This document shows, in pieces, positions 1 through 10,784 of a stretch of DNA of 64,000 bases. The position numbers and the translations under genes were made by a program. Numbering within the stretch: position 1 is the stretch's first letter; each line of letters starts with the position of its first letter. The DNA comes from Pristiophorus japonicus (lineage: Eukaryota). The stretch spans positions 372,001 to 436,000 of the forward strand of contig NW_027251843.1 in NCBI RefSeq assembly GCF_044704955.1, in the 5' to 3' direction. The notes under the pieces were generated by a model. That model saw only the letters and a program-made list of their open reading frames with translations, made no database searches and was not told where the DNA came from.

Positions 1-575
1 AGCAAAGAATGACTAAGAAGCAATAAAGAAAGGAAAGATAGATTTCAACCAATGCATCCACAATTTATGCATCCACTTCATTGAAGACCCTAGGATGCTG
101 GCCATCAGGTCCAGGGGACTTGTCCACCTTTAGTTCCATTATTTTACTGAGTACTTTTTCACGAATGGTAGCGATTGTTTTCTCAGCACAGAATCTCTCC
201 CAGCCAGGATCTCAGAACACACTGTTCTTCAAAAGGGTTCCTGTTTAAGGATTCATGGGATTTTGGGGGCGGAGAGAGGGGGCAGTAGGACATTGGCTGA
301 AAGGTCTGATTCTGTGAGTAGGACTATGTCAGGCTGGTGCTTGACTAGTCTGTGGGGCAGCTCTCCCACTTTTGGCACAAGTCCTCAGATGTTGGTGAGG
401 AGGACGTTGCAGGGTCAGCACTGAGCCTGGGTCCACTGTCCTAGCCGGTCCGAGCTGCTGTTATTCTGCCTGATTGGACAGTTATTATTAGATGCTCAGA
501 CCACAGCAGAAATCCTCCATGGAAAAAATAACTGAAGAGACTGTCAGATCGGAAGAATGAAACTTCACCCACAGA

Positions 576-585
576 GGAAGTGAAA
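576..585 (+). promoter_or_regulatory. Ets-IRF composite element (EICE, PU.1/Spi-B + IRF4/8), candidate B-cell enhancer motif
   Basis: GGAAGTGAAA matches GGAAnnGAAA. It lies in apparently non-repetitive DNA (~440-655) with an E-box CAGCTG (600-605) and a RUNX-type ACCACA (500-505). Confidence 0.35.
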
Positions 586-654
586 GAGGGAGGTTGTCAC
601 AGCTGTACGTTTGTTAACGACACGGGAGAAAACTGTGAACCGCGCTCACAGCCT

Positions 655-2580
655 AGAATCTTACAGCACAGAAGGAGGCCATTCAGCCCATCGTGCCTGT
701 GCCGGCTCTTTGAAAGAATTACCCAATTATTCCCACTCCTCCCCAGTTAAAGAACATAAGAAATAGGAGCAGGAGTAGGCCACAGGGCCCCTCGAGCCTG
801 CTCCACTATTTAATACGATCATGGCCGATCCGATCATGGACTCAGGTTAATTCCCAGCCCGCTCCCCATAACCCCTTATTCCATTGAGTGTTAAGAAACT
901 ATCTATCTCTGTCTTAAATATCTTCTCTGACCCAGCTTCCACAGCTCTCTCAGGCAGCGAATTCCACAGATTTGCAATCATCTGAGAGAAGAAATTCCTC
1001 CTCATCTCAGTGTCCTCTACTCTAAAGACTGATACAAAATATTTGTTCGGAGTTTCTGCCATCTCCATGTTTTCCATTATTAATTCCCTCGTTTTGTCCT
1101 CTCAGGGACCATCATTTACTTTAGCCACTCTTTTCCTTTTTATATACCTATAGAAACTCTTGCTATCTGTTTTTATATTTTGTGCTAGTTTACTTTCATA
1201 GTCTATCTTCCCTTTCTTAATCACTTTTTTAGTCATTCTTTGCTGGCTTTTAAAAGCTTCCCAATCTTCAGTCCTCCCACTAGTTTGGGACCCTTTGTAT
1301 GCCCTTGTTTTTAATTGGATACCGTCCTTTATTTCTTTAGTTAGCCACAGATGGCTATCTTTTCTTTTACACCATTTCCTCCTCACTGGAATATATTTTT
1401 CTTGAGAGTTGTGAAATATCTCCTTATATGTACGCCACTGTTCATCAGCCGTCCTATACTTTAATCTATTTTCCCAGTCCACTTTAGCCAACTCTGCCCT
1501 CATACCTTTGTAGTCTCCTTTATTTAAGCTTAGTACGCTGGTTAGAGATCCAACTTTCTCACTCCCCCACCCCATCTGAATTTGAAATTGAACCATGTTA
1601 TCATCACTCAGTCCAAGGGGATCCTTTACTAGGAGATTGTTTATTAATCCTGTCTCATTACACAGGACCAGATCTAAGATAGCCTGCCCCCTGTTTGGTT
1701 CCGTTACATACTGCTCAGGGAACCCATCTCTTATGCACTCTATGAACTCTTCCTCAAGACTACCCTGCCTGATTTGATTTATCCAATCAATGTGGAGGTT
1801 AAAATCACCCAGAATTATTGCTGTTCACTTTTTACAAGCCACCACTATTTCTTGCTTTATACTCCGACCAACAGAGTTGCTTCTGCTAGGGGGCCTATAG
1901 ACTACGCCCATCAGTGACTTTTTCCCTTTATTATTCCTTATCTCCATCCAAACTGTTTCAACATCCTGATCATTTGAGCCAATATCATTTCTCACTATTG
2001 CAGTGATTCCATCCTTTATCAATGGAGCTACCCCACCTCCTTTACATTTCTGTCTGTCCTTCCGGATTGTCAAGGACTCCTGAGTATTTAGTTCCCAGTC
2101 CTGGTCACCTTGCAACCACGTCTCTGTAATGGCTATCAGATCATATTCATTTGTATCTATTTGTGCCGTCAACTCATCTATTTTCTAATTTAGAAAAAGA
2201 GTCTTTGAATTTGTTTTTTACCCTTTTTATCTGCTTGTTTCCTCTTTCCTTCAAACTCACTTTATTTATTTTTGCTTTCTAATTCCAGCTTTAGTCCCCT
2301 CCCTACTGAATCTATTCTCAGGTTCCCATCCCCCTTCCAAGCTAGTTTAAACCCTCCCCAAAATGACTAACAAATGCTCCCCTCGAGGATATTGTCCCGG
2401 CTCTGTTGAGGAGCAACCCGGCCGGTTTGTAGAGGTCCCACCTCCCCAGAAACGGTCTCAATGCCTCAGGAAACTAAAGCGTCCCACCTGCACCATCTCT
2501 CCAGCCACGCATTCATCTGCTCTATCCTCCTGTTTCTGTATTCACTAGCTCGTGGCACCGGGAGTAATCCGGAGATTAGA
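655..2580 (-). mobile_element. Rearranged CR1-type LINE fragments (3' tail, ORF2 endonuclease region, ORF1 end)
   Basis: Minus ORFs contain TEMRRNFFSQ (ORF2 C-terminus), YDLIAITETWL...KGGGV and GVVYRPP (APE endonuclease). Tail AAGAACATAAGAA near 750. Confidence 0.85.
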
Positions 2581-2597
2581 GAATAATTAGAGATTAA

Positions 2598-3810
2598 AGA
2601 TTCTGAGAGAAGAAATTCTTCCTCATCTCACTCTCACCTCAGTCCCCTAGTTCTAGTCTCCCCTATCAGTGGAAACATCCTCTCTGCATCCACCTTGTCA
2701 AGCCCCCTCATAATCTTACATGTTTCGATAAGATCACCTCTCATTCTTCTGAATTCCAATGAGTAGATGCCCAACCTACTCAACCTTTCCTCAAAAGACA
2801 ATCCCCCTCAGCTCTGGAATTAATCTAGTGAACCTTCTCTGAACTGCCTCCAAAGCAAGTATATCCTTTCTTAAATATGGAAACCAAAATTGCACGCAGT
2901 ATTCCTCACCAATATCCTATATAACTGAAGCAAGACTTCCCTGCTTTTATATTTCATTCCCACTGCAATAATGGCCAAGAAACCATTGGCCTTCCTGATC
3001 ACTTGCTGTACCTGCATACTATCCTTTTGTGTTTCATGCACAATTACCCCCAGGTCCCGCTGTACTACAGCACTTTGCAATTTTTCTCTATTCGAATAAA
3101 ACTTGCTCTTTGATTTTTTTCTGCCAATGTGCATAACCTCACACTTTCCAACATGATACTGAATCTGCCAAATTTTTGCCAGCTCACTTTGCCTGTCTAT
3201 GCCTTTTTGCAGGTTTTTTGTGTCTTCCTCACACATTGCTTTTACTCCCATCTTTGCATCATCAGCAAACATGGCTACGTTACACTCGGTCCCTTCATCC
3301 AAATCATTAATATAGATTGCAAATAGTTGGGGTCCCAACACTGATCCCTGCAGCACCCCACTTGTTATGGATTGCCAACCCGAGAATGAACCATTTATCG
3401 TGACTCTCTGTTTTCTGTTCATTGGCCAATCCTCTATCCATTCTAATATACTACCCCAAACCCCGTGAACTTTTATCTTGTGCAGTAACCTTTTATGTGG
3501 CACCTTGTCAAATGCCTGCTGGAAGTCTTTATCCACCCTATTCGTTACATCCTCAAAGAACTCCAGAAAATTTGTCAAACATGACTTCCCCTTCGTAAAT
3601 CCATGCTGACTCTGCCTGACCGAATTTTGCTTATCCAAATGTCCTGCTACTGCTTCTTTAATAATGGATTCCAACATTTTCCCAACCACAGTTATGTTAG
3701 GCTAACTGGTCTATAATTTCCTGCTTTTTGTCTGCCTCCTTTTTTAAATAGGGGCGTTACATTTGCAGTTTTCCAAACTGCTGGAACCTCCCAAGAATCC
3801 AGGGAATTCT
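2598..3810 (-). mobile_element. CR1 LINE ORF2 reverse transcriptase fragment, degenerate
   Basis: ORF 2871-3689: QHGFTKGKSCLTN, GVLQGSVLGP, MFADD. Confidence 0.9.
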
Positions 3811-3829
3811 CAGTGTCCTGTCATGTAAT

Positions 3830-6540
3830 GTGTATTCATTTGCGTTGTTAGACTTCCCCAAATGCATTACCTCACAGTTCTCGGGATTGAATTCCTTTTG
3901 CCACAGTTCTGCCCACCTGACCAGTCCATTGATATCTTCCTGCTGTCTACAGCTTTCTTCCTCACTATCAATCGCACAGCCAATTTTTGTATCATCAGAA
4001 AATTCTTAATCATGTCCCCTACATTGAATTCTAAATCATTGGTGTATATTACAATGCGCAAGGGACTTAGTACTGAGCCCTGCGGAACAATACTCGAAAC
4101 AGCCTTCCAGTCACAAAAACACTTGTTGACCATTACCCTTTGCTTCCTGCCACTGAGCCATTTTTGGATTCAACTTGCCACTTGCCCTTGGATCCCATGG
4201 GCTTTTTACTTTTCTGCCATGTGAGACCTTGCCAAAAGCCTTGCAAAGATCCATGTAGACTATATCAAAAATGCAACACTCATCGACCCTCCTTGTTATC
4301 TCCGCAAAAAATTCAATCACGTTAGTCAGGCACAACATTCCCTTAACAAATCCATGCTTACTGTCCTTGATTAATCCGTCCCTTTCTATATGACAATTTA
4401 TCCTCTCCCTCGGAATTGTTTCCAATAATTTTCCCACCACCGAGGTTAAGCTGACTGGCCTGTTATTACTCGGCCTATCTCTTTCCCCCTTTTTAAACAA
4501 AGGTACCATGTTAGCAGTCCTCCAGTCCTCCGACACCTCACCTGGAAACAGGGTAGATTGAAAAATTATGGTCAGAGCCTCTGCTATTTCCTCCCTTGCT
4601 TCACTTAACAACATTGAATAGATTATATGCTAAACCCCTTAATACTTCTTCACTCACTATGTTTATCTCATCTAATATTTCACACTTGTCTTCCTTAATT
4701 ACAATGTCTGCATCGTCCCTCTCTTCTGTGAAGGTAGATACAAAGTATTCATTTAGAACTATTCCCACATTTCTGCCTCCACACGCAGGTTACCTTTTTG
4801 GTCTCCAATAGGCCACACTCTTTCTTTAGTTATCCTCTTGCTTTTCATGTATTTATTAAACATCTTTGAGTTTTTCCTGACTATACTTGCCAATATTTTT
4901 TCATACCCTCTCTTTGCATTCCTAATTTCCTTTTTAATTTCACCCCTGCACTTTCTATACACCTCTGGGCTTTCTGCAGTATTTAGCTCTGGGTATCTGA
5001 CATAAGCTTCCCTTTTTTGCCTTAACCTACCCTGTATGCCCTTCGACATCCAGGGGCTCTAGATTTGGGAGTGCCACCCTTTTCCTTTGTGGGAACATAC
5101 TTGCTCTGAACCCTCACTATCTCCCCCTTGAATGCGGCCCACTGCTCTGACACTGATTTACCTTCAACATAAGAACATAAGAAATAGGAACAGGAGTAGG
5201 CCATATGGCCCCTCGAGCCTGCTCCGCCATTCAATAAAATTATGGCTGATCTGATCATGGACTCAGCTCCACTTCCCCGCTCCCAATAACTCCTTATCCT
5301 CTTATCATTTAAGAAACTGTCAATCTCTGTCGTAAATTTATTCAATGTCCCAGCTTCCACAGCTCTCTGAGGCAGCAAATTCCATAGGTGTACAATCCTC
5401 TGAGAGAAGAAATTTCTCCTCATCTCAGTTGTAAATGGGAGGCCCCTTCTTCTAAGATCATGCTCTCTTGTTCTAGTCTCCCCCATTAGTGGAAACATCC
5501 TCTCTGCATCCACCTTGTCAAGCCCCCTCATAATCTTATATGTTTCCATAAGTTCACCTGTCATTCTTCTGCATTCCATTGAGTAGAGGCCCAACCTAAT
5601 CAACCTTTCCTCTAAAGTCAACCACCTCATTTCCAGAATCAACTGAGTGAATCTCCTGTGAATTGCTTCCAAAGCAAGTATATCCTTTCGTAAATATGGA
5701 AACGAAAACTGCACGCAATATTCCAGGTGTGGCCTCATCAATACCCTGTATAGCTGTAGCAAGACTTCCCTGCTTTTATACTCCATCCCCTTTGCAATAA
5801 AGGCGAAGATTCCATTGGCCTTCCTGATCACATGCTGTACCTGCATACTATCCTATTGTGTTTCATGCACAAGTACCCCCAGGTCCCACTGTACTGCAAC
5901 CGATCCAATCTTTCCTCATAACTAGATTTGGGAGTGCCACCCTTTTCCTTTGTGGGAACATACTTGCTCTGAACCCTTACTATCTCCCCCTTGAATGCCT
6001 CCCACAGCTCTGACACTGATTTACCTTCAAGTAGCTGTTTCCAGCCCACTTTTGCTAAATCACCTCTCAGCTTATTAAAATGGGCCTTACCACAATTGAG
6101 AACCTTTATTCCTGCTCCATCTTTGTCCTTTTCCATAACTACGCTAAATCTAACTGAATTATGATCACTAGCACCAAAATATCTTTCCCACCTGCCCAGC
6201 TTCATTCCCTAAAACTGAGCCCAGAACCGCCCTCTCCCTTGTTGGGCTTGCTACGTACTGGCTATAAAAGTTCTCCTGAATGCATTTGAAGAATTCTGGG
6301 ACCTCTATACCTTTGACACTGATTCCATCCCAGTTAATGTGAGGGGAGTTGAAATCCCCGACTATTGTTGGCCGATTGTTTTTGACCTTCTCAGCAATTT
6401 GCCGACATATTTACTCTTCGATCTCCCTCTGACTGTTTAGGGGTCTATATTACACACCCAGCAATGTGATTGCCCCTTTTATGTTAATCAGTTTAACCCA
6501 CATGGCCTCATTTGATGATCCTTCTAACATATCATCCCTC
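3830..6540 (-). mobile_element. CR1 LINE with a second CR1 3' fragment nested at 5168-5921
   Basis: RT motifs in ORFs 3867-4614, upstream ORF2 in 4759-5049 and 5828-6205. The nested piece encodes RPHLEYCVQF...TEMRRNFFSQ and is flanked by a 109-bp direct repeat. Confidence 0.85.
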
Positions 6541-7292
6541 TGTCAGAGGTCCTGTCTTTCAGATGAGACGTTAAACCGAAGTCCCGTCTGCTCTCTCAGG
6601 TGGACATGATAGATCTCATAATCACTACTGGAAGGGCAAGGGGATTCTTCCCAGTGTCCTGCTCAAAATTTATCCCGCAACCAACATAGTTAAAACCGAT
6701 GATCTGGTCAGGATCTCATTGCAGTCTGGGAACTTCATAGAATCAGAGAAATTTACAACATGTAAGGAGGCCATTCGGCCCATCGTGTCCGCACCGGCCG
6801 ACAAAGATCTATCCAGCCTAATCCCACTTTCCAGCTCTTGGTCCGTAGCCCTATAGGTTACAGCACTTCAAGTGCACATCTAAGTACTTTTCAAATGTGG
6901 TGATGGTTTCTGCCTCTACCACATTTTCAGGCAGTGAGTTCCAGACCCCCACCACCCTCTGGTTGAAGACATTTCCCCTCAAATCCCCTCTAAACCTCCT
7001 ACCAATTACTTTAAATCTATGTCCTGGTTGTTGACCTGTCTGCTCAGGAAAACTAGGTCCCTCCTATCCATGCTATCTCGGCCTCTCATAATTTTATACA
7101 CCTCAATAAGGTCTCCCCTCAGCCTCCTTTATTCCAAAGAAGACAATCCCAGCCTATCCAATCTTTCCTTATGGCTAAAATTTTCCAGTCCAGGCAACAT
7201 CCTCGTAAATCTTCCTGTGTGCAATTGGTTGTAAAGCACTTTGGGATGTCCTGAGTTTGTGAAAGGTGCTATATAAATTCAAGGCTTTCTTT
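6540..7292 (+). mobile_element. Deu-domain SINE fragment (SacSINE1-like) interrupted by a minus-strand CR1 3' end (~6737-7215)
   Basis: Shares gtctttcagatgagacgttaaac...ctctcaggtggac and the tail gtaaagcactttgggatgtcctgag with the SINE copies at 17441 and 33315. Confidence 0.6.
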
Positions 7293-7416
7293 CATTGAAG
7301 TGGGAGGGCCCTGATCCTGACCCTCGCCCATTGTCCATGCACTCTGACCTTCCAGGAGGTCTCGGGATCATTTGGGAGTAGTGACCCTGCCTGGCCCCGG
7401 TACACTGAGGCTAATT

Positions 7417-8950
7417 TGTAGAATTTACCAATATCTCGCAAAGATTCCAGATACCTTTCCCCTACAGAGGAGAAGAATCCCGTTCTGGGCTTTTAAAATG
7501 AGTTTAAAGGGGCAGACGAAGCCTGCGGGGGATAAAAGGGGATTCATTCATGGAGACCCCCCCCCGCAGTGTTTGGACTCATAGGAAAGGGAATTCAAAA
7601 TGCACCTAAATTACAGAAGCTTGAGATCCCCTAAACATCTATGGGAAGGAGCATATCGATTTTAAGATTCTACAACATTTTGGCTGCGAAAAAGAGTTAC
7701 CAAATACAGGAGGTGGAGCCAACGTCTGAAGCAAATTCGTGTAATAAGGATCCCAGACTGTCTGGGGGAACTATTCACCCCCTAAGAGATAATCGAATTA
7801 CCCAATCAAGTAAAATGGAAATCATGGTCAGAAAAACTGGACAATCCTAAAACAATGCAAAACCAGTGATAGCACATTCTCACACCCTAATCGAGTTACT
7901 GCTGACAAAGGAGACATTTGAAAATCAATGGACAGAACAGCTTAAACAGAGCCCAAGAGATTTGATGGGAGATAATGGAGCCTTTTTTTGGGATATATCT
8001 ATACCCCAGTTTTACAAGGAAAGCTAGCAGAACACAGGACTAGCAGAACACAGACTCGAACAGGACATAGACTCGAAAGGAACACAGACACGAACAGAAC
8101 ACAGACAGACACAAGCAGCCGGAGTGAAGAAATGGAGTCGTGAAGCAACCTACAAGAAATCATCAAGGACCGACCGAGCACGAGGCCCATGAAATGGAAG
8201 GTTGTCAGCAACCAAATTGACAAACCCGGGCCACCACAACCAGCGAAACGACCAACCGAAACCAACTCAGCAAAAACCGAAGAATCAACATTTATCTCCA
8301 CTCTACAATCTACTTCTGAACAGCCAACGGGTGAGAAATTACCAAAAGGGACTAACTAAAACCAAAGAAAGTGGGTACTTATCCCATACATCCGAAACGC
8401 AACTTACCGCATCAACGGACGCACCCCAACTGAAGACTACGCAGTCCGAAGTCCTCTCCTCCGTCCGGGGTATGACTCGCCTAGAAGGCCAAGTGCAGCA
8501 AACCCCGAAACCGTGATTCACCGACAACTGTCTAAAGGGATTGGTGAGCATAGCCCCTGAACCCTCAGAGCTATAACTTAGTTAGTTAGGGGAATTGGGA
8601 GGGGGGAGGCTGGGATAACTTGTGTAAATGTATCTGCATTCTCCTCTTTACCACATTTAGAGTTTAAGCTGTATTCTTTTCCCCACAGGCTGTAATTTGA
8701 CATTTTATTCAATGTGTTGTACCCTTCAGTGTGTATTGATCTGTGTGTGTGTTATTAAAGGTGTGCCTTTTACTTCTTTTTAAACACAATAAAGCCATAC
8801 CTGCTTCCTACCTTGAAACCGATTGTCTGTCCAAGTCTGTCACAGTCGCTTCATAATTCCAGTGTCTAGAACCAAGGGTGTAGGAGCGATTCGGAACCAC
8901 TCATATAAGGTCAGAAGGGAAAGCTGACCCTCTGCAAACCACCCCTTACA
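7417..8950 (+). repeat. 5' LTR (1534 bp)
   Basis: Direct repeat of 15493-17084. TG...CA ends, AATAAA at 8788-8793, internal ~20-bp tandem repeat at ~8020-8110. Confidence 0.95.
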
Positions 8951-8951
8951 C

Positions 8952-10784
8952 ATGGCAACCCAGATAGGACACTGGTACAAGGGACGTGATAAGAGAGAGA
9001 CTGGTTTCAGGAAACAAAGCAAAATGGAAGAGGAGATTTCCTCATATGTGTTTAAGAGGGTAAATGTGGCTAAGGAGTGGGTACTCGATTTATTGTATGC
9101 TGAGCATCCAGAAGATGCTGCAGCTCAATGGACCGATAACAAGGACCATAAAAGGACGATAGAGAAGGCCATTTGGCTAATTTGCCTTAAGCAACAGACC
9201 CGGCTTCGAGATGAGGAGAATGAGAAATTAAAGGGAGTATTGAGACAGGCAGAAGAGAGGTCCAGCGCAAGGGCCACAGTCGGGGAAAGGTTGTGGACAG
9301 AGGTGGGACAGTTAAAGGAAAGTAGAGAGCTCACTGAAGAAAGGCACAAAACCCAACTGGACCTTTTACGGTGTCAAATTATTGAAGCCAAGAATAGCAA
9401 ACGGGCGTTGCGGGAAGAGAATTCCTGCCTCGCCAAGCAAGTTAAAGAGTATGGGGAGAGGGTGAGACACATTCAGGTAGCCTATAAGGTAGCCAGTACC
9501 AGGGAATTTGAGGCAGGAGACCACGGCCCCTGCCAGCAGCAGATCCAAAGCTTGAACCTTGCTCTATCCCGGGCTAAAGGCATGGTGTGCCTGTTAAACC
9601 CGGGTTTAGCCCAGGAACACCTGGTTGGGCAAGGAGAAACCCCTCAGTCACCGCCTGTAGCTCCCAGGAACGGCCCGGAGCAGCAGGGGTGTCAGCCAGA
9701 GTGCGGGGCAGGCAAGGATTGCGAACTACCAACACCGGCAGCCCCGAGTTTTAACTCGGCTTGGCAGCAGGGGGAAGAGGGCAAGCCAATACAAGAAGGG
9801 CCGAAACCAGGGCCAATGGACCCGGTCCGGCAGCAGAAGTTTGGCCCGCCTGATGCCAATGGGGCAGCAGGACCCCTAGAATGCAACTTCGTAGTCCCCC
9901 ACGACACCCAAAAACTGAGGGCTATGATAGGCCACCTAAGTAAGCTCACCCAACAGGGGGATCCCTCGGTACACTTCCTGGAAGTGGAACACACAGGGGA
10001 TATTAACGGGTGCGATGATTCGGAGCAGGCTAAGCTGTTGCTCTTCTCACTAGACACCAAGCTGTGCCATTCCCTCTCTGCAGACAGCAGAAAGGGGCGA
10101 AACACGTACGCTACAGTTAAGGAGGAGGTTCCAGAGGCCATGGGTATGAACGACGGGAGTCCTTTCTCCCGATTGGAGAAAACAGTGCAGCTCTATGGGG
10201 AGACTCCACAGGCTTTCGCCGACAGGTTGTAGCCGGTCTACGAAAGGGCCTGTAGTGGGGTTCTTGACCGGGCCCACCTGAACCCTAACGAGCTGGCTCA
10301 CTGGCTCCGCAGCCTGGTGGCAAACAGCTTACCTGGAGTAAAGGCAAAAGTCGAGGTCTGGTTCGATCCAAGAGATCCCAGAACCACCGAGGAGACAGTG
10401 GTCAGACAGTTGACCCTGGCTTACCGGAACGGTAGAGGGACAGAGGAGCCCTCCTCTAAAGGGAGGGTCCATGAGATTAAACCCAGCCAAGGCAAGAGAG
10501 AGTGGCATCAGGAAAGTGGGAACCCTCCCCATAAAGGAGGCGAGTGTGTTGGGTGTGGGAAAAGTGGGCACTGGAGGAAGGACTGTAGGAACCCATGGAA
10601 AGAGACTAAGGGAAGGGCCACTCCAGCCCCAGCCCGTAAGGCCGGGGCAGGAACACCCGACTCATATGAGACACTCGTAGCCGCCCTACAGACACTCACA
10701 AACGGACAGGGAGCAGTAGCTATCGCAACTGGTGCAGTAGCCGGTACGGTAAAACCCTCTGCTCCAACCCACCCAGATGCATGA
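8952..10784 (+). pseudogene. gag: gag: N-terminal coiled coil, capsid-like region, CCHC zinc knuckle; premature TAG at 10230-10232
   Basis: ORFs 8952-10232 and 10317-10784 share a frame. Knuckle CVGCGKSGHWRKDC. Confidence 0.85.
8953..8970 (+). promoter_or_regulatory. Primer-binding site, tRNA-Arg(CCG)-like
   Basis: TGGCAACCCAGATAGGAC starts 2 nt after the LTR. It differs at 2 positions from TGGCGACCCAGATGGGAC, the complement of the vertebrate tRNA-Arg(CCG) 3' end as I recall it. Confidence 0.7.
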
